Positions 12,205 to 25,780 are shown, numbered from the stretch's first letter. The stretch is DNA of 64,000 nt from Pristiophorus japonicus (GCF_044704955.1 NC_091999.1:61380001-61444000), one strand, 5' to 3'. Program-made: numbers and translations. The notes: generated from the sequence alone by a model not told the origin.

Positions 12205-12445
12205 CTTTGGTTCAGTGGCAGCATCCTCGACTGAATAAGGAGGTTGTGCATATAATCCTGAGATTGAGCATATAATCTTGGCTGACACTCAAATGCAGTA
12301 TTTGGGGAATTTTGTATTGTTGAAGCTGTTGACCATCGGCTGAAATGTTAAATTGAAGCTCCGTCTGCAATCTCGGGTGTATGTGAAAGTTCCCAGAGCA
12401 TTACACGAAAAAGAATAGGAGAGTTGCGCCCGTGTCAATATTACT
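12205..12445 (+). mobile_element. Truncated DeuSINE in a tRNA unit
   Basis: Paralogous to 4870-5125. Confidence 0.65.
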
Positions 12446-12555
12446 AAAATTTTTCGTAAATGCTCACTGAAACCCGATGTGTATGTGTGTGTGTTGTTGT
12501 GGGGGTGGAGCTGAAGGCCACATTCTCACAGAGACAGAATCCAAACGCTACAAAG

Positions 12556-12637
12556 ACCAGGATGGGCGAGTGGTTAAGGCGTTGGCCTTAAAATTCAATG
12601 GGTTTATCCCACGTGGATTCGAACCCCAATTCTAGAA
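12556..12637 (+). pseudogene. tRNA-Leu pseudogene
   Basis: ACCAGGATGGGCGAGTGGTTAAGGCGTTGGCCTTAAAATTCAATGG... Confidence 0.78.
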
Positions 12638-13055
12638 TCTCTTTAATTTAACAGAGATTTTTCCTATCCTGCCCAGTGATACCGGATTTTCATCTGTTGA
12701 ATCTGTAACTCTGTGACACTCTGAGCCGATCATGAAATGAAATTGTGAAATGTAGCTGTGTATGTCAGTCTCTGCCTTTCTCTCTTTAGAGAGCTGCGTA
12801 TGTGTTTGTGTGCTTGAGCCTTTGTCTCCCTCAGTCTGCCTCTCTCTGACTCACTCTGTCTGTGCCTGGTTCTCTGTTTGACTCTGTCTCTCAATCTGTC
12901 TCTTTCTCACGGTGTCCAGTTCTGTTCCATTGCGATTCTCTCAGACTCTCTGTCTGACTGTCTCTCTCTTTCCCATCATCCCTGTCCGTGACTTTGCCTG
13001 TCTCATTTTGTCCCTGTCTCTAATCTGATGAGTATTTCCATCATTTTCTGTTTTT

Positions 13056-14750
13056 GAAACATAGAAACATAGAAAATAACTGCAGGAGTAGGTCATTAGA
13101 CCCTTCGAGCCTGCACCGCCATTGAATATGATCATGGCTGATCATTCCTTCAGTTACCCTTTCCTGTTTTTCTCTCCAGACCACTTCATCCACTTAACCG
13201 TAAGGACCATATCTAACTCCCTCTTGAATATATGCAATGAACTGGCTTCAACAACTCTCTGTGGCAGGGAATTTCACAGGTCAACAACTCTCTGAGTGAA
13301 GAAGTTTCTACTCATCTCACTGCTAAATGGCCTACCCCTTATCCTAAGACGATGTCACCTGGTTCTGGCTTCCCCAACATCGAGAACATTCTTCCCGAAT
13401 CTAACCTGTGCAGTCCCGTCAGAATCTTCTATGATTCTATGAGATCCCCTCTCATCATTCTAAACGCCAGTGATTAAAGGCCGAGTTGATCCAATCTCTC
13501 CTCATATGACAGTCCTGCCATCCCTGGAATCAGTCTGGTGAACATTCGCTACACTCCCTCAACAGCAAGAACGTCCTTCCTCAGACTAGGAGAGCAAAAC
13601 TGAACACAATATTCCAGGTGTGTCCTCACTAAGGCCTTGTACAACTGCAGTAAGATCTCCTGGCTCCTATATTCAAATCCCCTAGCTATGAAGGCCAACA
13701 TACCATTTGCCTTCTTTACTGCCTGCTGTACCTGCATGCCCACTTTCAGTGACTGATGAACCATAACACCAAGGTCTCATTGCACCTCAAGTTTTTCTAG
13801 TCTTCCGCCATTCAGATAATATTCTGCCTTCGTGTTTTTGCCCCCAAAATGGATAACCTCACATTTATCCACATTATACTGCATCTGCCATGTATTTGCC
13901 CACTCACCTAATCTGTCCAATTCACCCTGCAGCCTCTTAGCGTCCTCCTCACAGCTCGTACCGCCACCCAGTTTAGTGTCATCCGCAAACTTGGAGATAT
14001 TACACTCTATTCCTTCAACTAAATTGTTCATGTATATTGTAAAGAGCTTGAGTCCCAGCTCTGAGCCCTGCGGCACCCCACTAGTCACTTACTGCCAGTC
14101 TGAAAAGGACCCGTTTATCCCGATTCTCTGCTTCCTGTCTTCCAACCAGTTCTCTGTCAAATCAGTCCATTAATCCCAATACCATGCACTTTGATTTTGT
14201 GCACCAATCTCTTGTGCGGGACCTTGTCAAAAGCCTACTGAAAGTCCAAATACACCACATCCACTGGTTCTCCCTTGTCCACTCTACTCGTTACATCCTC
14301 AAAAAATTCCAGATTATTCGTCAAGCGTGATTTCACTTTCATAAATCCATGCTGACTCGGTCCGATCCTGTCACTGCTTTCCAAATGGGCTGCTATTTCA
14401 TCCTTAATGATTGATTCCAACATTTTCCCCACTACTGATGTCAGGCTAACCGGTCTAGAATTACCCGCTTTCTCTCTCCCTCCTTTTTAAAAAAGTGCCA
14501 TCACATTAGCTACACTCCAGTCCATAGGAACTGATCCAGAGTCGATAGATTGTTGGAAAATGATCAACAATGCATCCACTATTTCTAGGGCCACTTCCTT
14601 AAGTACTCTGGGATGCAGACTATCAGGACCCGGGGATTTATCGGCCTTTAATCCCATCAATTTCCCCAACACAATTTCCCGCCAATAAGGATATCTTTCA
14701 GTTCCTCATTCTCACGAGACCCACAGTCCCCTAGTACATTTGGAAATTTC
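13056..14750 (-). mobile_element. 5'-truncated CR1-clade LINE (RT region plus 3' end)
   Basis: ORF fragments KSPGPD, QHGF, YLDFQ, SGVPQGS, KFADDTKLGG; (CATAGAAA)n tail at 13056. Confidence 0.95.
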
Positions 14751-15217
14751 CAGTTGGATTCTCTCAGTCTCTCTGTCTGACTGTCTCTCTCATTCCCGTC
14801 ATCTCTGTCTGTCTATGTCTCTACCTGTCTGTCTCTATTTGCCTGTCTCTGTTAGTACCTGTCTCTAACCTGCTGAGTATTTCCATCATTTTCTGTTTAT
14901 ATCTCTGTATATCTCTCTATCTGTCGCTCACTCTTCATCTGTCTCTCTCCTTGTTACTGTCTTTATCACTGTCTTTCTCTCACTGTTTTCCTCTCTCTCT
15001 TTATATCTGTATGTGTGTGTGTTTGTGTCTTTTTCTCACTCAGTCTGCCTCTCCTTCTCAGTCTCACACTTTCTGTCTCACGTTGTCTCGATCTCGCTGT
15101 CTGTCTCTCCCTGTTTGTCGGTTTATCTCTGTCTCTCAATGTGCCTGCCTGCTTCTCATGGTGTCCATTTCTGTTCTCAGCTCGATTCCTGCACTGACAG
15201 AATCCACACCCGTCAGC

Positions 15218-15289
15218 TCCTCATTCGTGTCTTAGTTAATATCCCTCTCTGTCACGCGCGAGGTCGGCGTTCAATTCCCCAACCAGGTT
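15218..15289 (+). pseudogene. tRNA-Asp pseudogene (near-identical to 12037-12108)
   Basis: Lies in the duplicated block 11575-12140 / 14755-15320. Confidence 0.7.
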
Positions 15290-15384
15290 GAAGCATTTTT
15301 AAAATGTTGAATATTACTTCTGTATGTCCTGATACTTTATAAAAAGACTTGGGGAAAATAATACTGATGTGAACTTTGGTATCG

Positions 15385-15635
15385 GCTTTGGATCAATGGC
15401 AGCATTCTCGACTGAATAAGGAGGTTGTGTGTGTAAGTCCCACTACTGCGCCTTGAGCATATAATCTTGGCTGACACTCAAATGCAATATTTGGGGAATT
15501 TTGTATTGTTGAAGCTGTTGACTTTCGGATGAAATGTTAAATTGAAGCTCCGTCTGCACCCTCGGGTGGATGTGAAAGTTCCCAGTGCATTACTCGAAAA
15601 AGAACAGGAGAGTTGCCCCTGTGTCAATATTACTA
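15385..15635 (+). mobile_element. Truncated DeuSINE in a tRNA unit
   Basis: Paralogous to 4870-5125. Confidence 0.65.
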
Positions 15636-15727
15636 TAAATATTCGAAAATGCTCATTGAAAACCTGTGTCTGTGAGAGTGGAGCTGCAGCTAGATTCTCA
15701 CAGAGACAAAATCCGAATATTGACAAA

Positions 15728-15812
15728 ACCAGGATGGCCGATTTGTGAAGGCATTGGACTGAAATTCCGATTGGGTTTATACCTGCGTGGGTTCGTAACC
15801 CCACTCCTGGTA
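15728..15812 (+). pseudogene. tRNA-Leu pseudogene
   Basis: ACCAGGATGGCCGA...GCGTGGGTTCGTAACCCCACTCCTGGTA. Confidence 0.75.
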
Positions 15813-15989
15813 CATCTTTAAATTCACACCGATTTCCTCCCATCCTGCTCAGTTATACACGAATCTATTCTGTTGAATCTGCATTTGTTGATAACTTTGT
15901 AACATTCAAAGAAATGGGATTGTGCAATGTATCTGTGCCTCTCACTCTCTGTCTTTAGAGTGCTCTTCATGTGTTTGAGTCTGACTCCC

Positions 15990-18900
15990 TGTGTCTGAGG
16001 AATTAGAAGCTGAATTTAGGGAGCTGGGAGCTAAATTTCCAAATCGGACCTCAAAGGTAGCAATCTCAGGGATAGCTACCACTTTTCAGAGTAGGAAGCG
16101 CAGGATAGTTCAGATAATGTGTGTTGCAGAAGGGAGGGATTCAATTTCTTTGGACATTGGAACCGTTCTGGGGGAGCTGGGACCTGTGCAAACCTCAGCA
16201 GAACCAATGTCCACGAGGGAGAGTTTGCTCGTGTTGTTGGGGAGGGGTTAAACTGATATGGCAGCGGGATGGGAACCTTTGGGGTAAAAAAGTAAGGGTG
16301 GAGGGCATAGAAACCCAAGGCAAAAATCAAAAAGGGCCACATTGCAGCCAAATTATAAAGGGACAAGGTGTGTTAAGATAACAAGCCTGAAGGCACTGTG
16401 CCTCAATGCGAGGAGTATTCGTAATAAGGTGGACAAATTAACTGCACAGGCAGCAATTAATGAATACGATGTAATTGGCATCACGGAGAAATGGCTCCAG
16501 GGTGACGAAGGCTGGGAACGCAACATCCAGGGTTATTCACCAGTCAGGAAGGATAGACACAAAGGAAAAGGAGGTGGGGTGGCATTGCTGGTTGAAGAGG
16601 AAATTAACACAATAGTCAGGAAGGACATTCACGTGGATTCTACGTGGGTGGATCTGTGGAATATCAAAGGGTCAAAAACGCTAGTGGGAGTTGTGTACCA
16701 CCAAAAAATCGTAGTGACAAGAAAGTAGGGATGTGTGCAATAAAGGTACATCAGTTATCATGGGCGACTTTAATCTACATATAGATTGGGCTAACCAAAC
16801 TGGTAGCAATACGGTGGAGGAGGATTTGCTGGAGTGTATTAGGGATGGTTTTCTCGACCAATATGTCGAGGGACCATCTTGAGGGCTGGCCATCCTAGAC
16901 TGCTTGATGTGTAATGAGAAAGGACTAATTAGCAATCTTGTTGTGCGAGGCCCCTTGGGGAAGAGTAACCACAATAAGGTAGAATTCTTTGTTAAGGTGG
17001 AGAGTGAAACGGTTAATTCTGAGACTGGGGTCCTGAACTTAAGGAAAGGTAACTTCGATGGTATGAGACATGAATTGGCTAGAATAGACTGGGAAATGAT
17101 ACATAAAGGGTTGACGGCAGATAGGCAATGGAAAACATATAAAGATCACATGGATGAACTTCAACAATTGTACATCCCTGTCTGGAGTAAAAATAAAACG
17201 GGGAAGGTGGCTCAACCGTGGCTAACAAGGAAAATTAAGGATAGCGTTAAATCCAAGGAAGAGGCATATAAATTGGTCAGAAAAAGCATCAACCCGAGGA
17301 CGGGGAGAAATTTAGAATTCAGCAGAGGAGGACAAAGGGTTTAATTAGGAGGGGGAAAATAGAGTATGAGAGGAAGGTTGCTGGAAACATAAACACTTCT
17401 TTAAATATGTGAAGATAAAAAGAGTAGTGAAGGCAAACGTAGGTCCCTTGCAGTCAGATTCAGCTGAATAGGGAACAAAGAAATGGTAGACTAGTTGAAC
17501 AAATACTTTGGTTCTGCCTTCACGAAGCAAGGTGCGCATAATCTTCTGGACATAGTACATGACCGAGGGGCTAGTGAGAAGGAGGAACTGAAGAAAATCC
17601 TTATTTGTGGGAAATTGTGTTAGGGAAATTGATGGGACTAAAGGCCGATAAATCCCCGGGGCCTGATGGTCTGCATCCCAGAATACTTAAGAAGCGGCCC
17701 TAGAAATAGTGGATGCATTGGTGATCATTTTCCAACAGTCCATCGATTCCAGATCAGTTTGTATGGACTGGAGGGTAGCGAATGTAACACCAGATTTTGA
17801 AAAAGGAGGGAGAGAGAAAACGGGTAATTATCGACCAGTTAGCCTGACATCAGTGGTGGGGGAAATGTTGTAATCAATTTTTAAAGATGAAATAGCAGCC
17901 CATTTGGAAATCAGTGACAGGATTGGTCCAAGTCAGCATGGATTTATGAAAGGAAAGTCAAGCTTGACATATCTTCTAGCATTTTGTGAGGATGTAACTG
18001 GTAGAGTCGACAAGGGTGAACCAGTGGATATGGTGTAGTGGGACTTTCAAAATACTTTTGACAAGTTCCCACACAAGAGGTTGGTGTGCAAAATTAAAGC
18101 ACATGGTATTGGGGGTAATGTATTGACGTGGATAGAGAACTGGCTGGCAGACAGGAAGCAGAGAGTCGGAATAAACGGGTTCTTTTCATAATGGCAGGCA
18201 GTGACTAGTTGGGTGCTGCAGGGCTCAGTGCTGGGACGCCAGCAATTTACAATATACATCAATGATTTAGATGAAGGAATTTTGTATAATATCTCCAAGT
18301 TTGCAGATAACATTATGCTGGATGGCGGTGTGAAATGTGAGGAGGATGCTAAGAGGCTGCAGGGTGATTTGGACAGGTTAGGTGAGTGGGCAATTGCATG
18401 GCAGATGTAGTGTAATGTGGATAAATGTGAGGTTATGCACTTTGGTGGCAGAAACAGGGAGGCAGAATATTATTTGAATGGCGGTAGATGAGGAAAAGAG
18501 GAGGTGCAACGAGATCCGGGTGTCATGGTACATCAGTCATTGATGGTTGGCATGCAGGTGCAGCAGACAGAAAGAAGGTAAATAGCATGTTGGCCCCATA
18601 TCTTGGGGATTTGAATATAGCAGCTGTACTGGGCCATGGTGAGGCCTCACCTGGAATATTGTGTTCAGTTTTGTTCTAATCTGAGGAAGGACGTTCATGC
18701 TATTGAGGGAGTGCAGCAAAGGTTCACCAGACTGATTTCCGGTATGGCAGGACTGACATATGAGGAGAGATAGGATCGACTGGGCCGGTATTCACTGGAG
18801 CTTAGAAGAATGAGAGGGGACCTCAGAAACATTCTGATGGGACTGGGCAGGTTAGATGCACGAAGAATGTTCCCGATGTTGGGGAAGTCCAGAACCAGTG

Positions 18901-19208
18901 GTCACAGTCTGAGGACAAGGGATAATCCATTTAGGACCGAGATGAGGAGAAACTTCTTCACTCAGAGAGTTGTTAACCTGTGGAATTCTCTTCCGCAGAA
19001 CGTTGTTGAAGCCAGTTCATCAGATATATTCAAGAGGGACTTGGATATGGCCCTTAAGGTAATGGGATGAACGGGTGTGGAGCGAAAGCAGGAAAGGGGT
19101 ACTGAGGTGAATGATCAGCCATGATCTTATTGAATGTTGGTGCAGGCTCGAAGGGGCGAATGGTCTATTCCTGCAACCTTTTTCTATGTTTCTACGTTTC
19201 TATGTTTC
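15990..19208 (+). mobile_element. Long CR1-clade LINE (end of esterase-type ORF1 plus disrupted APE-RT ORF2)
   Basis: FRELGAK...KVAISG (ORF1); LNARSIRNK, DVIGITEKWL and MGDFN (APE); KFADN (RT); TTCTATG tail; many stops and frameshifts. Confidence 0.95.
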
Positions 19209-22200
19209 AGGGTACATGCATCTAATGGCACAGTGTGTTGTGCCATTTCTTTCAACTGGGTGCTATTTATTGAATCTGTAACTCGCCCGGTTTGTATCTG
19301 ATCCATATTGTGTCTCACCTGACCAATCATCCATCTCCCATAGGCATGACATGTGTCTCTTTTCCTGTCCTCAGCATTGTTCTCTCAATACCTGCTTATT
19401 TAGCTCGTTAATTGTTCGTGCATGGCCTTCCAATACGGATACACCCTGTAGCATTTTTTTGGATGTTTTGTATCCTAACTGTGAAGACTGTATCCCAATC
19501 CTGGTCTGTTTCCTGATTAGTAACTCCGTTGTTCCCCTCAAACTATCTACACCTGCCTGGATCGCCTGTATATCTGGTGTATCTACTCGAGATGTCCCTG
19601 TACAGCTAATATGTCATTTGCTAAAGATCTCCTCTGTCTTGCTTCTTTGTGTCTCAGCTGCTTGTGTTACTCCCTTGCTCCTGATGTGTCACTAGCTATT
19701 CTCAGGATTGTGTCTAGCAATCATGTTTACAATGCTTTAGTCTTGTGGCTAATGTTTTCTGGCTGTTCAATTTATGCTCACAGGTCACATTTCATGCTGG
19801 ACATTGTCAAAAAACAACATTACTTCTGTTCCAGGTTTAACTACCACGCAGTTTCCCAAGGTTAATTCCCCTGGTTTACAATATTCAGGTAACATTTTTT
19901 ACACACTTATCTTATGGCTTCAAGACAAACGCTCCTGACACTTAGATGCCGCCCCCTAGAGGCTGATTTACGTAGCCTCTGGTGTGGTAAAATGCTTCTG
20001 GGCCCCCTCGGGGCGGCCTTGCAGCTTGTCCTTGTCTAATCGAAAGCACGGTGATGATCACGTTTATATTCTGTTGATAAAACACATCCTGGATATTCCA
20101 GGTTTTAGTTAGAGTATTACCATTTCCATTTCAACCGGATTTTCCTTTCACTATTCTATTGGTTCTGCAATTGCTGTGGTTAGGCACAAATTTCCTGCAA
20201 TAGCTAAAGAACCCCAATATCTTACACAGCCCTCAGGCTGGTTTTAGTCGGGGCATAATCCTAATGTCCTCCTTCCTGTCATTGGACATAGTCCGAGTTC
20301 CTTGCGATATTTTTTGTCCCAGGTGCTGTACGACAGCTTGTCCGATTTGTGCCTTTTTGGGATTTACTTTAAATCGTGCTTTCCGTTATCTCAAATGTCT
20401 TTTCCATAACTAGAACAAAGTCTAACACGTAGGCTTTGATAATTGCCTTCCGTTATCTCAAATGTTCCAGTTGCAAAGCCTTTATGTCTCACTTTCTGTG
20501 GTTCTTCAACCACCGTATCTGAAGTCACAAGTTCAACTTATATTGTCCTTTGTTCTAAACTGCTAAAGCCTGCCGTTTTAACATTTTAATTTTTTCAAAG
20601 TTCCTTTTAACTTTCACAGATAGCTCCCCACTTGCCCAGGAGTTTGACCTGATCCCTGAAGGTATTTCTACATTGTTTCGAAACATTATAGTTTTATTTC
20701 TTTTTTTTTAAGAGATCAGATTTAACTTTTTATGTTGTGTATTTTCTTAAACAGTGGTACTTGAAATCTTCACAACAAAATTAACTCTTCACTGCTTCCA
20801 TCGTAATTTCTGCTCCCCTTTTGTAGTATTTGTATTTATTGTTGGATTATGAAATGTCAAGTATGGTAAAACTGTTTTTTAATCGGACTTCTCATTTATG
20901 CTTATAGTGAGTCACAGATCACAGAATGCAAAGTACTTGTTTTATAATTATGTGCCTATCTTCTGTTTTAGAAGCTGAACGTCAAAAACTCTAATCTTTT
21001 GCGCTGTAACTTCAATTTTGTGATACAGTATCTCATAAATTACCTCTTTTTAAGCTTCAGCTTCTGACGCAGAATGTTTACTTTTATTAAAAGGCTTCCA
21101 AACACAATATTTTCCAATACAACCAAAATGTTTGTCAAGGAGAATCACCTGAAATATCTCAAAGTCCCAATTCAAATATTGTATTGCCAATCTTTTATTT
21201 AAAAATCTTTTTACTGAGCTAGAAGCTTTCGCATCAAGATTTTACACAAAGGAATATGGGGGCGTATTTCCCCAGCCCACAGCCTTGAGACACCCACGCA
21301 GGCTTCTTTTTTTTTAAGGCATTACAATTTCCCTTCTCCGTTCTTTATTTCATTCCTCGACTTAATGTATTTTCATTCAACAAAATGTAATCAATGCATA
21401 CGTGTTTTCTTTTGACAAGTGAGCGTGTCGAAAAAAAACAATTTAAACCAACGGGACCTAGCTTTTTTTATCTTTTGCTCAACAAACCTATCCTTTGTTC
21501 ATTTCCTAACTCCATAACATATCATCCGAATAAATCCACACCTGGATTTCTAAATCAAAATGTAATTCAATTCTAGGTTCATACTTTCTTAAAACTTCCC
21601 TCATACTGTAAAGGGTTAAAAAAAACGTTCACTCTGTTTGAAAAAGTAGGTGGGGCCAAAACAACAGACAGCTCCACCACTTTCTGAAGCAGGCTTTCAG
21701 ACACTTGAAAAATTCATTAATTCCCACCTCAAATATTCCGCAGTCAACAATCACAGAAGCACTTTCATTCAAAGACAGACATTCACAAAAGTCCATCTTC
21801 ATTCAACAAAGCTTATTGTTTGGCCGGCTCTAATTTTGGATCCATATTTCACTTAAGATAGTCACTAACGGTTTTTATTATGGTCTTCCGAAAAATATCT
21901 GCTTAGCAATACTTCTGGCCCCCAATAAATCCTTTATTTTCTTCGGCTCCTAATCATAACCCTGTTAGTGGGGGATACAAATTTGGGCCAAATTCCTCTG
22001 TCCATTCCCTTCTGTCAACTATATCTATTTTTATACTTACAGCCTCTTGTCTTTTGTCACTTTCTCTGTCCATCTCAACTTTGGGTATATTTCTATTCAT
22101 CTTTCCGGCTGTTAAACTGCTCTTTTTCCCTTCATCATATCCTGCCTTAACCATCTTCTTAACCTTTTCAGATTTATCTCTCAGAAACTCTTCTGATAGT

Positions 22201-23042
22201 TTATACCTCACCCCTCCAAGGGCCTTGGCAGATTCCCTTGCCATTTCTTACACTTGGGCTTTTTCCCCAGTTCCCATTTTACCCATCTTTACTTAAGTGG
22301 AACTATTTACACCGCGGCGTTTAGCCCAATATCCCATATACGTACTTATTCTCCCGACACATGTATTTACTTAGAGTGTCCTGACGCACCCCTCAACTGG
22401 ATTTACTGGCTGCACAGACTCTGCTTCAGATTCGTTGCATCTCTGGTTACTTTGCAAGGAGAATTTCTCAAGGTAATTCTCTACTCATTCGTTGTTAGTT
22501 TGGTCAGCTTTTTGTGTCTAATCTGCCCGTCCAGTAGATCCTGCTGACTGCGCCAAGTTGTTAGGGTTAACTTCAAACCACCACTCGGAGTCCGTTAGGC
22601 TTAAAGTAAATGCAGTTTTTATTAATAAAAGATACAAGCCAACAGGGGAGCTACCCTTGAAGTAATGCTCAAAGAAACTGCCAGAGATATCTAATTTTAT
22701 ACAGTTTCAGATTATAGTCTTACGTAATTACACAAGTTACAATTAATATGTGCTGATTGATTAATAGATGATTATCTGGTAGGTTGCTTCCTCCAATCTG
22801 GCCTCTATATGTTTAATTAGTAATTCAGGATACATGTTCTTATGATTCTTTTTATTTCACTTGTATCTTGTTATAGAATTGAAATTCTATGTTATCTGTG
22901 TCTGTGCCCAGCTCCCAAGGCATTTGATCTATAAATTGGAACATCTGCCCCTCTGTGGAAGGCATCCCACACATGCTTCCCACAGACTGAAAAACAGGCT
23001 GTGGGATCCATTTTAAAAATCTGTTAACTCCATTTTAAAACA
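19209..23042 (-). mobile_element. ERV-A: multiply deleted LTR retrovirus-like element (5' LTR, PBS, gag pieces, RT fragment, env-like 5' half)
   Basis: LTR-like 22559-23042 (TG..CA); PBS next to it; RT fragment FKVNPKKAQIG..HLGQKIS..KILGFFSYCRKFVP at about 20150-20380; env-like RQRR/SLANDILAV..HAYGRWMIGQVRHN at 19209-19900. Confidence 0.75.
22538..22555 (-). promoter_or_regulatory. Primer-binding site complementary to the tRNA-Ser(AGA/TGA) 3' end
   Basis: TGGCGCAGTCAGCAGGAT versus expected TGGCGTAGTCGGCAGGAT (16/18), 3 nt from the LTR end. Confidence 0.75.
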
Positions 23043-23049
23043 TCCCAAT

Positions 23050-24050
23050 TATTATTATTAATTGTAATTACGTTTTGTGATCTGCCCTTTCAGTCGATTA
23101 TGGGGTATCTTATCGAAGGCCTTTGGAAATCCAGATAAATTATATCTACTACAGTATGTTAGTTTACGCTATCTGTTACCTGTTCGAAAAATTCAAAGAA
23201 TTTGGTCAATTCAAGACTTTCCCTTTTATAATCCATGCTGACTATTCATTTTTGGTTTCTAGTTGTTCTTCCCCTTTTTCTTTTAGTAGGGAATCCATTA
23301 TTTTTCCTCCCAACGACGTTAAGTTGACTGGACTATAGTTCCTCAGACACGTTCTACCTCCCTTCTTAAAAATAGTTATTACATTAGGTGTCTGCCAATC
23401 CTCCGGCACTGCACCTTATTCTAACGAAGTATTAAATATGTTTATTAATGCCTCTGCTATCTCTTCTCTAGGTGTGATTCGTCCGAAGCTGGCATTTTAT
23501 CCATTTTCGGTTTGATTAATTTATATAATATTTTCCTCTTGTTATTTTAAATGCAGTTATTTCATTTCTAATATCATCCGTTGTCATGTACACCTGTGTT
23601 GTCTCGCTGATAAATACTGACGCAAAGTAATTGTTTAATATTTCTACCTATCTCTGCCTGTAGACAACCTTCTGAGCCACGTACTTTGGTATGTATTGTG
23701 GATGTCCTCCACGCAATCTTTATCCTTATCGTTAAAGGTTTCGAGTATATCCTACCTGTTGGACAGGAGCAGTGTCTCATTCTCAGCCTCTCCTCAGTTC
23801 TCACTGCACGGCACCCAATCAGCCACGGACTTTCCTGACCTGCGCTTTTCTGTGGGATGTGACTGTTTTCTGGATTAAATCACTTATCCTGTGTGTTTCA
23901 GAGTGTGTCGAACTCGAACTCCAGCCCAATTACGCTGAGCCAGAGCGAATAAAGCATAGACATTTCCTGCAGATGTGGGAATGCGGGACAGTTTTGATGT
24001 CCACTAACTCACACACATTACAGTCTCGACTCATTGCCTACCCTGCCATC
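23050..24050 (-). mobile_element. Old CR1 relic: ORF1 zinc-finger start fused to an RT fragment by internal deletion
   Basis: MAG*AM..DCNVCEL..HICRKCL at about 23950-24050; YLDFQ..FDKIP-like motif at about 23100-23140. Confidence 0.65.
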
Positions 24051-25780
24051 TTTAGTTATTTTTTATAAATGTATTTGCTTATTTACACACTGAATTAATT
24101 TAATTACTTAGTTTTTATTCAAATGGTTATTTATAATTATGTTAATTAATTAGTAATTATAGTTAAATTATTAATTTAATAAAGTATTGTTATTGCTCCC
24201 AGGTCTTAGTGTAGACCAAGCTTCGAGAGAAAAGGGAATACTCACCAAACATTCATCTACCTGCTGTATTTTGGAGACCAAAGCAGCACCTACTTCAACC
24301 ACTGTTCCCATTCAAACTCTCACCAAATTTCGTTTAATATCACTGTGCAGAACACACTGTGAATCACAAGTCAGTGTTTAGTTTTATACCTTTGGAGCCA
24401 CACACAAGTTACAAGTGCTGTCTCAGCTCCGTGCCCATTGCTCGCAGTAATGTGCACATATTTAAGACTGACACTTACAGCTGACTGATAGTTAACTACT
24501 ACTAACAGGCAGTTTCTGCTAACTTCTGTTTTTAAAGATCTAAGTTCAATTCAAAACGTTCAACTAAATTTACCTTCTTACAGCTAATACTCAGCCAGAC
24601 TCACCTCGGACTTACCACTGAATCTCACTTTCTCTACGTTCCCAAGTTTACCACTCACTTTGTGCACTCTGTTTAAGATCAGGATGTGGTGATCGCGTAA
24701 ACTCTGGCATGCTCTGCTGGGCCGAAAGAGTCGGGGTGGGGAAGATCGCTCTGTAAGTTTGCAGTCCACAGGCAGACGGGCTGCTAACTCCCAGCACCCC
24801 CAGGGAAACCTCAGGGGAACCGCCTCAGACAAGTTTGCAGTCGCGAGCACAGAATGGCCTATGTCTGTGCTGCAGACATTAAGTAACTCTTTGTAAGGTG
24901 ATGGGTGAAGGAGATGGGATGTCTGAAATGCGACTCTGGGTCAACCACAGACCAGGGCGTGGTCAACAGGGCAGGTCTGTGATGTCACAATGCTCAGGCA
25001 CAGTGTCATGCGAGTTTCCCAGCTTTATTACATCACACATACTGCAATACCTATTAACAAAGCTCGTTACCACCCTCCCTGAATGCTGCATATTATGGGC
25101 TATGTTTAGCACGGAGATTATTGAGAGAGTGAGGAGGAGCTGAGTTTAATGTGTGTCGAGTGTGTGCGGGGAACACTTCATCCTGCAGATCACCGCATTG
25201 TTCAGGCAAACTTACAAAGGAACGTTATAGTGGTGAATGTCACTGGGATATACTCCGTCTGCAGGAGACCATTTAATCCCAAAGGTAGATTATCTGAAAC
25301 AAGGACACGTCGCTATCACCAGGCGCTGGGGCTGCTCAGGTTAAACCCCACTGAGAGAAAAACACAAGGAGCCTGCAAATGGATGAAAGCACTGACCTTT
25401 GAGCCTTTGAAACCTTCCCTCTCTGGCTGTTGTTTGGTCTCAGGCCATTTCCCCCAGCTTTTCCTGGTAGTGCTGGGGACTGAGCGTCCCGCCCGTGGAC
25501 TGAAAAGTTCCCCGCGCCGCTCCCTTTGGGTAAACACATCCGACACGAGCCTGGCGGTCGGGAGCTTTATAAACCCATCCCAGGCCGCAACAGACGTCCT
25601 AGCGGGGATAAAACGTGCAGGAGTCCAGCGGGACTGATCTCCGTGGACTTCCCCACCTCTATCATTTTTGTTCGTCGCTGAATCCGCGCGGTGAAAGATG
25701 AAAACAGGCCTCACTGTGTGTGTATAACAGAGATGAGCGGATTGGGCAGAACACCCGCCCAAAACATTGTGTGATTCTTA

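Larger units (their letters stand above)
3971..15990 (+). repeat. Degenerate tandem array of about five tRNA-cluster units (Asp-Ser-DeuSINE fragment-Leu plus CT-rich spacer)
   Basis: The same flanks and spacers recur around tRNA-like sequences at about 4.1, 6.1, 9.1, 12.0 and 15.2 kb. Confidence 0.9.

Noticed and set aside
5317-15291. Cys/Leu/Ser-rich ORFs in tRNA-unit spacers
   Set aside because: Translations of (CT/GT)-rich spacers with no domain signal.
25149-25762. 162-aa and 148-aa ORFs and a GC-rich patch downstream of the GPCR
   Set aside because: No recognisable motifs; possibly a decayed MITE, but the terminal inverted repeats are not convincing.
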